DNA from: a virus
IMG/VR virus record: IMGVR_UViG_3300043410_001242
Reading direction: 5' to 3' (one strand)
DNA: 64,000 bases
Shown here: in pieces, positions 25,923 to 34,817 of the stretch
Numbering within the stretch: the stretch's first letter is position 1
Layout: every line of letters starts with the position of its first letter
Translations under genes and position numbers: made by a program
Notes under the pieces: model-generated
The model's database searches: none
Told to the model about the DNA's origin: nothing
The model's input: the letters and a program-made list of their open reading frames with translations, nothing else

Positions 25923-25951
25923 TTGACTTATTTTACTATTTATGTTATAAT
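25923..25951 (+). promoter_or_regulatory. Outward sigma70 promoter inside the element, overlapping a minus-strand CATAAATA late promoter (25937-25944)
   Basis: TTGACT-17-TATAAT. Confidence 0.65.
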
Positions 25952-26144
25952 TTATGAAAATTACTTACTATAGAGGACTATGGGATTAATATGAAACATC
26001 TATATGATTTCTTCAGATCAGTATTTCATAACGTAGTAATTCACCCCATTCTCCCATTTCTACCTAGAAAGTGGGCAAAATGGTTACATGAAAAGAATGG
26101 TAAATGGGCTTATCCTGATGGACCTTTTAGTGGACTAGATTAAT

Positions 26145-26411
26145 ATGTCACATGAACAAGACAAACTAAAACATTCTAAACGCAGACATAATACCGATTC
26201 AGTTATTCAAAAAAGAAGAAAACTTCTTAAAGAATATAATATGGATCAGAATAATAGTGTTTATATCAGACAATATCACAGACTATCTAAAATGAATGGT
26301 ATCAACTGTGGTAATCCTGGTTGTATGTTGTGTATTAACCCTAGAAAGTATGGTGAAAAGACCATTCAAGAATTAAGTTTTGAACAAACAGAAAAATGGA
26401 GTGAAGAATGA
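26145..26411 (+). CDS. Basic Cys-containing conserved phage protein
   Basis: CGNPGCMLCINPRK..EKTIQE. Confidence 0.7.
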   Translation: MSHEQDKLKHSKRRHNTDSVIQKRRKLLKEYNMDQNNSVYIRQYHRLSKMNGINCGNPGCMLCINPRKYGEKTIQELSFEQTEKWSEE

Positions 26412-26935
26412 TTGAATTAAATCAAAAGGTTTGGAATGAGTTGGTATTTGATTTTGGTAAAAGGTTGGGTCAAGGTCGAACTATTGATCAATCATTGCAA
26501 TGTTTTCTTGAAGATTATTGGACAGAACTAGATAATATGGCAAGTCAAGCTTCTGTTGCAAAGTATAAACCTGATTATGAACCAGAGAAGGATTTTGTAA
26601 CCAAGAAGTACCTAGAAGAAAAGAATAATATTCTTTGGAATTATGTTTATAATCTGAATAGAGAAATTGGTGAGTTAAGGAAGAAAGTTAACCTTATAGA
26701 CAATATGAAGGTTAATGGTCCAACACCAAAGTATCCCAATAATATTCCTCCGACACATGAGTATCCACTGGATTGGTATAAGATTACTGCACATTCAAAT
26801 GCACAAGATAATCAACCAATTAAAGGTTTGACTCCAGGACGGGTTGCAACCACTGGTTATATGCAAGTAACTGATGCACAGTATACCCCAGAACAAATTG
26901 AAGAATGGTCTAAAGTTAGATTTACTCCGAAATGA
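26408..26935 (+). CDS. Hypothetical protein
   Basis: ORF track. Confidence 0.65.
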   Translation: MIELNQKVWNELVFDFGKRLGQGRTIDQSLQCFLEDYWTELDNMASQASVAKYKPDYEPEKDFVTKKYLEEKNNILWNYVYNLNREIGELRKKVNLIDNMKVNGPTPKYPNNIPPTHEYPLDWYKITAHSNAQDNQPIKGLTPGRVATTGYMQVTDAQYTPEQIEEWSKVRFTPK

Positions 26936-27117
26936 TAAGTAAAGAGGTGGTGTCTGAGTTATATTCCAAAGCATATTCGGATATATTAGAACCATATCGT
27001 GTGTTTAAAAATGGTACACCATATTTTGATTATCTTGTTACAGATCAAATTGAAAGTAAAATACGATATCGTTTTGCAGAATTGTTAGAGGAATATATAA
27101 GAAATAAAGAGGATTGA
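26932..27117 (+). CDS. Hypothetical protein
   Basis: Coupled ORF; RFAELL. Confidence 0.55.
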   Translation: MISKEVVSELYSKAYSDILEPYRVFKNGTPYFDYLVTDQIESKIRYRFAELLEEYIRNKED

Positions 27118-27118
27118 T

Positions 27119-27343
27119 ATGAATTTGTTCAAGTATATATCTGCAAGAAGCAGACTTGTGGAGATTAATAAGACGGTCGAGGCCATGGGTGGTGAAGAAG
27201 CACCATCAATGTTGTTAGCTCAACAGGAGATGACCTCAGACGAAGTAACTTATTTCTTTTACAAGACCATATCAGATATCATATATACTCTTTTATTCTT
27301 GATAATTTTGATTGGTGGTTATGGAGTAACAGATGCCATTTGA
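27119..27343 (+). CDS. Small membrane-anchored protein
   Basis: C-terminal TM helix. Confidence 0.6.
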   Translation: MNLFKYISARSRLVEINKTVEAMGGEEAPSMLLAQQEMTSDEVTYFFYKTISDIIYTLLFLIILIGGYGVTDAI

Positions 27344-27728
27344 TAATGAAACTAAACGCGAATGTCCACATTGCGGTAAAGAAATTGGTGGAGGTAGAGG
27401 TAACCTTAAAACTCACATAAACAAATGCAAAACCAAACTTGGTATTGTAGATGAACCTGAAACCCTTAATGTAATTGAAGGAGATAATATGTCACTTTTT
27501 GTTGAAGTAAATTCTGTTGATAAACAATGTCAAGTTATTATTAATTTGGATCATGTATTCGAAATCACCCCACTTGTAGCTGGTGGTTGTATTCTGATGT
27601 TTAATGATGGTGCAGGTAAGTATGATATGAAGGTATCAGATTCTTATGAATTGTTCCGTCAGTTTGCTATGCAGACTGTATCATCTGAAGACATTCAAAA
27701 GAAGATTGAATCTATTAAGAAGTCGTAA
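27333..27728 (+). CDS. Hypothetical protein with N-terminal CPHC...H...C Zn finger
   Basis: Possible internal start at 27489 (GGAG RBS). Confidence 0.6.
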   Translation: MPFDNETKRECPHCGKEIGGGRGNLKTHINKCKTKLGIVDEPETLNVIEGDNMSLFVEVNSVDKQCQVIINLDHVFEITPLVAGGCILMFNDGAGKYDMKVSDSYELFRQFAMQTVSSEDIQKKIESIKKS

Positions 27729-27768
27729 TGGTTGACTTCTAATTGTCTTTTGTGATATACTATACATT

Positions 27769-28323
27769 ATGAATATTTTTTATCTTGACAAAGATGTTAG
27801 TCGTTGTGCCGAAATGCATAACGACAAGCATTGTATTAAAATGATTCTTGAATATGCTCAACTTCTTTCTACTTCTCATAGGGTCATCGACGGTACTTTG
27901 TCTGTTGAATTATCTAATAACGGACGTAAACGAAAGGTCTTTCGGTTACCTGATGGTAGGGATAATGTTCTGTATTCTGCTACTCACATCAACCACCCTT
28001 CGGCTATTTGGGTAAGACAATCTCTTGATAATTATTTTTGGTTGTTTGACTTGTGGATCGAACTCATGAAGGAATACACTTATCGTTATGGCAAAAATCA
28101 TAAGTGTGAATTTCTTATTGATACACTATCATTTGCACCTGATAATATTTCTAGTGGTCTATTCACTGAACCAACACCAGCTATGCCTGATGATATAAAA
28201 GTACCAGGTGACTCTATTGCATCTTACAGAAATTACTATATAAAGAATAAGACACATCTGGCTTCATGGTCAGGTAAAGTAAATTCACGTCCAATTCCAC
28301 AGTGGTATCAAAATGCAGGATAA
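27769..28323 (+). CDS. Pyrimidine-dimer DNA glycosylase/endonuclease V superfamily protein
   Basis: MNIFYLD...HNDKHCIKMILEYAQLLS...HINHPSAIW...AMPD...YRNYY; ATG 7 nt after TATACT, likely leaderless. Confidence 0.75.
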   Translation: MNIFYLDKDVSRCAEMHNDKHCIKMILEYAQLLSTSHRVIDGTLSVELSNNGRKRKVFRLPDGRDNVLYSATHINHPSAIWVRQSLDNYFWLFDLWIELMKEYTYRYGKNHKCEFLIDTLSFAPDNISSGLFTEPTPAMPDDIKVPGDSIASYRNYYIKNKTHLASWSGKVNSRPIPQWYQNAG

Positions 28324-28900
28324 TTTAGATGAATACTATTACTTCTCTACACCTATCTTTAGAGAAGAGAATTTAGACTTTTTGGAAGATTTAAATAATC
28401 TTTGTGATGAAAAATTGTCTGAATGCCAAGACGATGAAATCTGTAATCATGTCCTTCTTGAACCAGACTCAAGGTTGGATGGATTTTGCACACACTTAAA
28501 TCAGACTGGTTGGGATCTGTTAGTACTCCAGGGTTATGACCTTGACAATTTTGAGACCTATACTGGTGATTTATGGTTACATGAACACAAGAAGAATTCA
28601 TATGTGGATACTCATTCACATGGTTTTGGCGCACAGATATCCGGTTTCTATGTATTAAATTGTGGGGATGATTCACCTAAGATGGTTATTCATGATCCTA
28701 GACCAACTAAGGTACATTCACAACCACCAGAAAAAGATTGTTGTGACTTGACATATGCATCAACAAAGGTCAATTTTACTTTGAGTAAAGGACATATGTT
28801 CTTTATGAATTCTTGGTTGCAACATTCATTTAATATGAATTTTTCTGATACAAGTCTAAGATTCATACACTTTAACTTATACCTACAACCAAAGTCGTAA
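28313..28900 (+). CDS. 2OG-Fe(II) oxygenase-like protein (TIGR02466 type)
   Basis: HSH..ISGFY...HDPRP...SWLQHS...R..HFN. Confidence 0.8.
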   Translation: MQDNLDEYYYFSTPIFREENLDFLEDLNNLCDEKLSECQDDEICNHVLLEPDSRLDGFCTHLNQTGWDLLVLQGYDLDNFETYTGDLWLHEHKKNSYVDTHSHGFGAQISGFYVLNCGDDSPKMVIHDPRPTKVHSQPPEKDCCDLTYASTKVNFTLSKGHMFFMNSWLQHSFNMNFSDTSLRFIHFNLYLQPKS

Positions 28901-28904
28901 AAAT

Positions 28905-29186
28905 ATGCCAACTTATCAATTCTTAAATAAAGAAACAAATGAGGTTGAAGAATATCTCATGTCTTATACCAAACTTGAGGAGTTTAAGGAACAAAATCCT
29001 CATTTGGAACGATACTTTACACCAGAAAATCTACCAGTTTTCGGTGATGGTATGCGTATGAATGTTCCTGGTATTAGTGGAGGCGATCCTGCGTTTGAGC
29101 ATGGTGTTATTGAAAGGATTAAACAAACTGTTCCGGGTAACAACCTAGGCAACACCCACAAAACAAGAGGTTCAAAGTGGGTATAA
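28905..29186 (+). CDS. FmdB-like regulatory protein of T4-like phages
   Basis: MPTYQF.NKET.E...F..QNPHL. Confidence 0.7.
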   Translation: MPTYQFLNKETNEVEEYLMSYTKLEEFKEQNPHLERYFTPENLPVFGDGMRMNVPGISGGDPAFEHGVIERIKQTVPGNNLGNTHKTRGSKWV

Positions 29187-29207
29187 TAACAACCATAAAG
29201 GAACAAT

Positions 29208-29909
29208 ATGGCAACAAAGAAAAGGACCGCGGCCGAAGAAGCACAAAAACAACACTTTTCAATTAGAAACATACAACCATTAACAGAGAATCAAGAGAGA
29301 GCGTTTCAAGCATATTTTAACGGTAAACACATAGCCTTAACTGGTTCAGCAGGAACTGGTAAATCATTTCTTGCAATGTATTTGGCATTAAAGGAAATTA
29401 TTAAAGAAAATGGTCAAGGTTATAATAGGTTAATTATCGTAAGGTCGGCAGTTCCGACAAGAGACTTGGGTTTTGTGCCTGGTACACTAGAAGAAAAGTC
29501 TAAGATATATCAAGATCCTTATAAAAATATAGCTAATGAATTAATTGGGAGAGGCGATGCGTGGCATTTTCTTATTAACAAAGAGATTATCGAATTTCAG
29601 ACAACTTCTTTCTTACGTGGTCTTACTTTCAATGATTGTATCATTATCTTTGATGAGTTTCAGTCTGCTACATTTCATGAAATAGATACTGTACTAACTC
29701 GTATAGGTGAGAATTGCAGATTCATTCTTTGCGGTGACTTTAACCAGAATGATTTGAGTATTAAGAGAGAGAAATCTGGATTTGAAACTGCTTTAAATAT
29801 ATTGAAAAATATGGAAGATGTTGAAGAAATCAGATTTACTATATCTGATGTTGTTAGGTCTGGTTTCGTTAAAAATTATTTACATGAAAAAGAGAGACAA
29901 GGATTATAA
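29208..29909 (+). CDS. phoH: PhoH family ATPase
   Basis: GSAGTGKS; LGFVPG; FLRGLTF; DEFQ; TRIGEN; GD..Q; DVVRSG. Confidence 0.95.
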   Translation: MATKKRTAAEEAQKQHFSIRNIQPLTENQERAFQAYFNGKHIALTGSAGTGKSFLAMYLALKEIIKENGQGYNRLIIVRSAVPTRDLGFVPGTLEEKSKIYQDPYKNIANELIGRGDAWHFLINKEIIEFQTTSFLRGLTFNDCIIIFDEFQSATFHEIDTVLTRIGENCRFILCGDFNQNDLSIKREKSGFETALNILKNMEDVEEIRFTISDVVRSGFVKNYLHEKERQGL

Positions 29910-29910
29910 T

Positions 29911-30093
29911 ATGGAAGAAAAAATGATTAATTTGGAGATTCCGATCTCTGAATTGAATAGACTTTTTGCTGTGCTGGCTGAACAGAAGTCAGTTTATGAA
30001 CAAAAATACACACATGTTAATTCTTTGATTACATTACTTCAAAAACAATCTGTTGCTCAGATTAGTGATATTGCAAACGGCGAAAATGTTTAA
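29911..30093 (+). CDS. Hypothetical protein
   Basis: Start refined to ATG 29911. Confidence 0.5.
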   Translation: MEEKMINLEIPISELNRLFAVLAEQKSVYEQKYTHVNSLITLLQKQSVAQISDIANGENV

Positions 30094-30760
30094 TTATTGT
30101 CCTCCTATGATTTTGCCTGACCTGGTGTCTGAAACCAGGTCAGATGGCAGCAGAGTCTATGTCACACCTGAAGGAGAAAGTTTCTCCTCCGTCACCACCG
30201 TGGTAGGACACCACAAGAAAAAAGTGATCGCAGAGTGGAGAAACAAGGTAGGTCACGAAACTGCCAACAAAATCTCAGCACAATCATCTAAACGCGGTAC
30301 AGGGGTGCATACACTTTGTGAACGGTATTTAATGAATGAGAAGACCATTGGAAAGGGTGTCATGCCGGATGCCCTTGAAATGTTTAGGTCTATTCAACCA
30401 CATCTCAACAAGATCAATAATATTCACTACCTTGAACAGGCATTATGGTCCAAACAATTACAATTAGCTGGAAGAGTGGATTGTATTGCAGAATATGAAG
30501 GTCTTCTGTCTATTATCGACTTCAAAACTTCTAGAAAAATTAAAACACTAGAACAAATTACAGATTATTTCTGGCAAACTACAGCCTATGCCTTAATGTA
30601 TGAAGAACTGGTAGGTCAACCGATTGATAATCTAGTTATTATCATGGCTGTAGAACACGAACAACCGTTAATCTTTCAACAAAAAACGGAAAAACATATT
30701 GAAGGTTTGGTAAAAGTAATACATGACTACAGAACAGAGACTAACAGAGTTCAAAGATAG
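30086..30760 (+). CDS. PD-(D/E)XK exonuclease
   Basis: SVTT; RGT.VH; AGRVDC; IIDFKTS; QTTAYA. Confidence 0.9.
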   Translation: MFNYCPPMILPDLVSETRSDGSRVYVTPEGESFSSVTTVVGHHKKKVIAEWRNKVGHETANKISAQSSKRGTGVHTLCERYLMNEKTIGKGVMPDALEMFRSIQPHLNKINNIHYLEQALWSKQLQLAGRVDCIAEYEGLLSIIDFKTSRKIKTLEQITDYFWQTTAYALMYEELVGQPIDNLVIIMAVEHEQPLIFQQKTEKHIEGLVKVIHDYRTETNRVQR

Positions 30761-30905
30761 AATTGAAATCTGTAGAAAATGTGAACATTTAAATACAGTT
30801 CTTGTTCAATGTAAAGTATGTGGATGTTTTCTCCACGCAAAAGCAAGAATGGAAGGTCAAGACTGTCCCAAAGGAAAATGGGTCTTGACAAAAGGAGAGG
30901 AATGA
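30724..30905 (+). CDS. Small Cys-rich protein (DUF6171-like)
   Basis: R.EIC..C....C..CGCF..AK....CP.GKW. Confidence 0.65.
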
Positions 30906-30913
30906 TATATAAT
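30885..30913 (+). promoter_or_regulatory. Sigma70 promoter of tmRNA
   Basis: TTGACA-17-TATAAT. Confidence 0.85.
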
Positions 30914-30918
30914 ACAAG

Positions 30919-31240
30919 GATTCGTTGATGTTGACAAAATAGGTCACCTTGGACGGGAGTTCGACTCTCCCCACCTCCACCAAAAGCACATTGGGCACCC
31001 TGGTTAACGATAACACCTGAACCCAATCTTAATCATTGTAACAGTGTGCTTCTGATGGGGGTGTATTGGTTTTCGACAGGGGATAGTAAAGGTCAACGGA
31101 GAATCGGCAAAGCTAAAGTCGTTAGGATTGGGAGTTCCCGGTCAAAGAGGCAAATTAAATTAAACGCAAACGATGACGTTTATTCTTACGCACTAGCTGC
31201 TTAAGCGGGGTTTGGGGGTTCCTTGTCAAATAATACCCCC
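30919..31240 (+). ncRNA. ssrA: Circularly permuted (two-piece) tmRNA
   Basis: T-arm GGGAG-TTCGACT-CTCCC and CACCTCC-ACCA (30955-30982) lie upstream of the 5' end GGGGGTG (31057); G3:U wobble; tag ANDDVYSYALAA* at 31166-31204. Confidence 0.92.
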
Positions 31241-31258
31241 TCTAATTTTGAGGGTGAC

Positions 31259-31876
31259 ATGAGTTTTTCTGAAGATGGTTTTGAAGTAGTAAGATCCTTC
31301 ATAAATCCACAAACAATGAATCTATTGAAGCACGAATATCATACACTACTGGACTTATTGTTTGAAAATCAAACATATAGTGAACAATCTATCAAGTTTC
31401 CAACAGGAGAAGTACTGACCTGTTTCAATTGGTATTCTCCAGTATTCACTGAATCTCTGTCCAAGTTATTGCAAAATAAAGTAGAAGAAATTGTAGAAAA
31501 GAAATTAGTTCCAACATACAGTATGGTGAGAACCTATAAAACTGGAGATGAATTATATAAACACAGAGACAGGCCGAGTTGTCAATACTCTGTTACTATG
31601 CCAATATTGACATCTATTAATTGGCCTATATACATAACTGATAGAAAAAATGTTAACAGAAAAGTATACCTAAACGAAGGTGATATGCTTGTTTATGATG
31701 GTTTTCTGGAACATTGGAGAGAAAAATATGAAGGTGAAAAACACACACAATGCTTCCTACATTGGGTTGACGTTAATGGAAAATATAAATACCTAAAATA
31801 TGACGGAAGAGCCAATTTAGCTCTACCAATGGTGAAAATAACAGAAGAAAATGAAGCTTTCTTCAACAAACACTAA
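31259..31876 (+). CDS. 2OG-Fe(II) oxygenase family protein
   Basis: PTYS..R.Y..GD.L.KHRDRPSCQYSVT...GD...Y.G..EHWRE...Q.FLHWV. Confidence 0.85.
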   Translation: MSFSEDGFEVVRSFINPQTMNLLKHEYHTLLDLLFENQTYSEQSIKFPTGEVLTCFNWYSPVFTESLSKLLQNKVEEIVEKKLVPTYSMVRTYKTGDELYKHRDRPSCQYSVTMPILTSINWPIYITDRKNVNRKVYLNEGDMLVYDGFLEHWREKYEGEKHTQCFLHWVDVNGKYKYLKYDGRANLALPMVKITEENEAFFNKH

Positions 31877-32049
31877 TCAGCAGGTAACAAATCACATTAG
31901 ATTATGCAATTTTGATTCAAACGGGATCTTACAAATCCCATTCCTAAAACACTCCAAAATATAAAAAGCGAAAAAGTCTATTCGTAACTGGAGACCAAGA
32001 GGCTTCAGGGATTGATCCCTTTGCCTCGTAATCGAGAGGTAAGAAAACG

Positions 32050-32406
32050 ATGTATTCGAAACATCTAAAATCTAAACTTTTGTCATTTCTTTTTATGACA
32101 TTGTTATCAAGTAACTTATTAGCAGACCAGATAGGTATTGCATCCTGGTATGGAATTCCACATCACGGAAAAAAGACCGCATCAGGTGAACGGTATAATA
32201 TGCATGGACTGTCGGCTGCACATAGAAAAATCAAATTAGGTACAAAGGTAAAAGTAACTAATCTTGAAAATAACAAATCAGTAATTGTCAAGATCAATGA
32301 TCGGGGACCTTTTGTTCGTGGTAGAATACTTGATTTATCACTAGGTGCCAAAAAAGTATTAGACATGGATGGAACCACCAAAGTGTCAATTAAAATTTTA
32401 GATTGA
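32050..32406 (+). CDS. RlpA-like lytic transglycosylase (DPBB domain)
   Basis: ASWYG...TASGE...AAHR...INDRGPF..GRILDLS. Confidence 0.92.
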   Translation: MYSKHLKSKLLSFLFMTLLSSNLLADQIGIASWYGIPHHGKKTASGERYNMHGLSAAHRKIKLGTKVKVTNLENNKSVIVKINDRGPFVRGRILDLSLGAKKVLDMDGTTKVSIKILD

Positions 32407-32431
32407 CATTGATTCTCCTTTGTGATATAAT
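32403..32431 (+). promoter_or_regulatory. Sigma70 promoter
   Basis: TTGACA-17-TATAAT. Confidence 0.8.
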
Positions 32432-32455
32432 TACATTTTTAGAAGTGATATTACT

Positions 32456-32686
32456 ATGGCCTCCAAACCAAACATAGAAGAAATAAAAAAGTTTAGTCTG
32501 ATGATAGACGAACTGGCATCCGAATTGGGTTGTACCCGATTGGATGCCATATTGTTTCATTGTGATAAGACTGGATTAGAAGTTGAGGTTGCAAGTACCT
32601 TGATTTCTAATGCTCTTAAATCCAGAATACGCGAAGAATCTGAACGTGAAAACCTAGTTAAGAGGAGTTCAAGACTGCCTATATGA
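32456..32686 (+). CDS. Late transcription coactivator, T4 gp33-like
   Basis: FS..I...LDAI..C...EVE....LI...LK.RI..E...LPI; gp33-gp59-gp32 synteny. Confidence 0.85.
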   Translation: MASKPNIEEIKKFSLMIDELASELGCTRLDAILFHCDKTGLEVEVASTLISNALKSRIREESERENLVKRSSRLPI

Positions 32687-33303
32687 ATCTAGAAGAAAAT
32701 ACGGGGTTTGCAGCCTATGCAATATACAACGCTATTCATCTACACTTCACCAGCAGTTCTTATAATTTTCAAAAATATAATGGTAAGACTAACGTATCAA
32801 AAGATTCCTTTCTAAAACGAAAGGACAAATACCACTTCTATAAACTGTCTAGAAAGTATTCAATTGAAGAATTAAAAGACTTCTTTATTGCAAATTTCTT
32901 AGACACTAGTGTGAAGTGGGTAGGTGATATTTCGGGTGAAGAAGGTGAAAAGTCCTACTTAAAATGGAAGAAACGCAAAGAGAGTTTGTCTTATATTTTC
33001 CAGAATGATATTGATTTCTTATTGGATCAGGTAAAGAAACCAGATCATCTTCTGGTTGTTAAGTCAGGTAACTATCCTAAACTACTTGAGGTAACAATGC
33101 AAGGTAGAGTTGAGGTAGAAACCACCTGCATTCTTAATGACATGATGAACTTCTTACCTATGTGGAACAAAAAGATAACGGATGATATTATCTGGCCAGA
33201 CTGGAGAATGAAAATAGATAAGTATACACCATTCATCGAATATAACAAAACTAAATATAAATTATTGTTGACAAAGAAGATTAAAGACCATGAAGAAACC
33301 TGA
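32683..33303 (+). CDS. Helicase loader, T4 gp59-like
   Basis: Y.AI.LHFT...Y...KYNGKT...F.KRKDKY.F.KL. Confidence 0.9.
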   Translation: MNLEENTGFAAYAIYNAIHLHFTSSSYNFQKYNGKTNVSKDSFLKRKDKYHFYKLSRKYSIEELKDFFIANFLDTSVKWVGDISGEEGEKSYLKWKKRKESLSYIFQNDIDFLLDQVKKPDHLLVVKSGNYPKLLEVTMQGRVEVETTCILNDMMNFLPMWNKKITDDIIWPDWRMKIDKYTPFIEYNKTKYKLLLTKKIKDHEET

Positions 33304-33784
33304 TGTTAGTGTTATTTACGTTGATATGGATGGAGTCATTGCAGACTTCAGAAAGGCATATCTTGAGATGTTTAATGTCGATCCTATGGATTCTCACTTA
33401 CACAAGTCCATGAGAAAGAATTGGGATAAGTTTGTTGATGAAGGTGGCTTCACCGAATTGGACCTTATGCCAGATGCAATGATTGGCCTTAACTATCTTA
33501 AAACAATAAAGAATATTCCTATTGAGATTCTATCATCCACTGCAAATGAGAAGCAGTATGATATGATCTCATCTCAAAAGAAAAAGTGGTTGGAAAACCA
33601 CAAAATCAACTATCCTGCAAATTTTGTTCCTGGTAAAAGGTACAAGAGAGATTATGCAGAGAAAGGTGCCATTCTCATTGATGATACTTTAGAAACAATC
33701 GAGCAATGGAACGAATCTGGTGGTGTTGGTATCTATCACACCGACTGGATAACGACTACAACCATTTTGAACATGTATATATAA
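33290..33784 (+). CDS. 5'(3')-deoxyribonucleotidase (HAD family)
   Basis: YVDMDGVIADF; ILIDD. Confidence 0.85.
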   Translation: MKKPDVSVIYVDMDGVIADFRKAYLEMFNVDPMDSHLHKSMRKNWDKFVDEGGFTELDLMPDAMIGLNYLKTIKNIPIEILSSTANEKQYDMISSQKKKWLENHKINYPANFVPGKRYKRDYAEKGAILIDDTLETIEQWNESGGVGIYHTDWITTTTILNMYI

Positions 33785-33788
33785 TTGG

Positions 33789-33817
33789 TTGACAGTTGTT
33801 TTTTGTTATGTTATAAT
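33789..33817 (+). promoter_or_regulatory. Sigma70 promoter for SSB
   Basis: TTGACA-17-TATAAT. Confidence 0.8.
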
Positions 33818-33877
33818 ACGTTTTTTATTATGATTAAGTGGACAATCCGATAATACACCGTTATATAGAGGTATAAA

Positions 33878-34780
33878 ATGTCATTTGCAAATCTTAAGCG
33901 TCAATCAGGCAATTTGGATAAGTTAGCTAAGGCGCTTGAACAAATCAGTTCTTCAAACGAAGGTGCAGGTAATCAGGACAATTTCTGGAAACCTGAAGTT
34001 GATAAGGCAGGCAATGGTCTTGCAACAATTCGTTTTCTCCCAGCACCAGAAGTCGATGGTGATGATTCTCTGCCTTGGGTAAAGATCTTCACACATGGTT
34101 TCCAAGGTCCAGGCGGATGGTTTATTGATAACTGTCTGACCACCAAGAATCAGCAATGCCCTGTTTGTGAATCAAACTCTGCATTGTGGAACTCTGGCAT
34201 CGAAGCAAACAAGCAGATTGCTCGTGATCGTAAACGTAGACTTTCATATATTGCTAATGTCTACATCGTTTCTGATCCTAAACACCCAGAAAACGAAGGT
34301 CAAGTAAAACTGTTTAAGTTTGGTAAGAAGATCTTCGATAAGATCACCGAAGCAATGAATCCTCCTTTTGAGGATGAAACTCCTATCAATCCCTTTGATA
34401 TGTGGGCAGGTGCAAACTTTAAGTTGAAGATTCGTAAGGTGGCTGGTTATCAGAACTATGATTCATCTGAATTTGAAGATTCATCCGTTCTTGGTAACTT
34501 TGATGATGCCAAGTTGGAATCAATCTGGAAGATGGAACACTCACTGCAAGAACTGGTTTCTGATAAGGAATTCAAGTCTTATGATGATCTCAAGAAGAGG
34601 TTGGATCGAGTCCTAGGTCAGGCGGTAGAACGTCCTAAGACCACAGTGGAAACCATCAAGGAACAAACTCGTTCACAACCAGTTAAGGATGAACGTGATG
34701 ACACTCCTTGGGAAGACACTTCAACAGTAGAGGAAGATGACGATATGGCATACTTCAGAAACTTGGCTGAAGAAGATTAA
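33878..34780 (+). CDS. Single-stranded DNA-binding protein, T4 gp32-like
   Basis: DKAGNG.A.IRFLPA; HGFQGPGGW..NC.T...CPVC; GANFKLKIRKV.GY.NYD; acidic tail. Confidence 0.95.
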   Translation: MSFANLKRQSGNLDKLAKALEQISSSNEGAGNQDNFWKPEVDKAGNGLATIRFLPAPEVDGDDSLPWVKIFTHGFQGPGGWFIDNCLTTKNQQCPVCESNSALWNSGIEANKQIARDRKRRLSYIANVYIVSDPKHPENEGQVKLFKFGKKIFDKITEAMNPPFEDETPINPFDMWAGANFKLKIRKVAGYQNYDSSEFEDSSVLGNFDDAKLESIWKMEHSLQELVSDKEFKSYDDLKKRLDRVLGQAVERPKTTVETIKEQTRSQPVKDERDDTPWEDTSTVEEDDDMAYFRNLAEED

Positions 34781-34790
34781 TCTCCTAATA

Positions 34791-34817
34791 AAAACCCCGC
34801 TTCGGCGGGGTTTCTTT
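34791..34817. terminator. Bidirectional intrinsic terminator between convergent genes
   Basis: AAAACCCCGC-TTCG-GCGGGGTTT. Confidence 0.9.

Larger units (their letters stand above)
25212..25983 (-). mobile_element. GIY-YIG endonuclease element flanked by a 22-bp direct repeat
   Basis: TACTTACTATAGAGGACTATGG at 25212-25233 and 25962-25983. Confidence 0.8.

Noticed and set aside
25234-25961. Group I intron carrying the GIY-YIG gene
   Set aside because: The ORF is antisense to the host gene, the non-coding part is only ~100 nt, no core P7 motifs are seen, and the flanks are duplicated.
30955-30982. Possible tRNA gene or att-site remnant
   Set aside because: No D or anticodon arm upstream; its pairing partner and tag frame lie downstream, which a permuted tmRNA explains.
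30751-31026. Minus-strand ORFs 30751-31026 and 30789-31016
   Set aside because: Antisense shadows of the tmRNA T-arm region (GGGGESRTP is a typical artefact).
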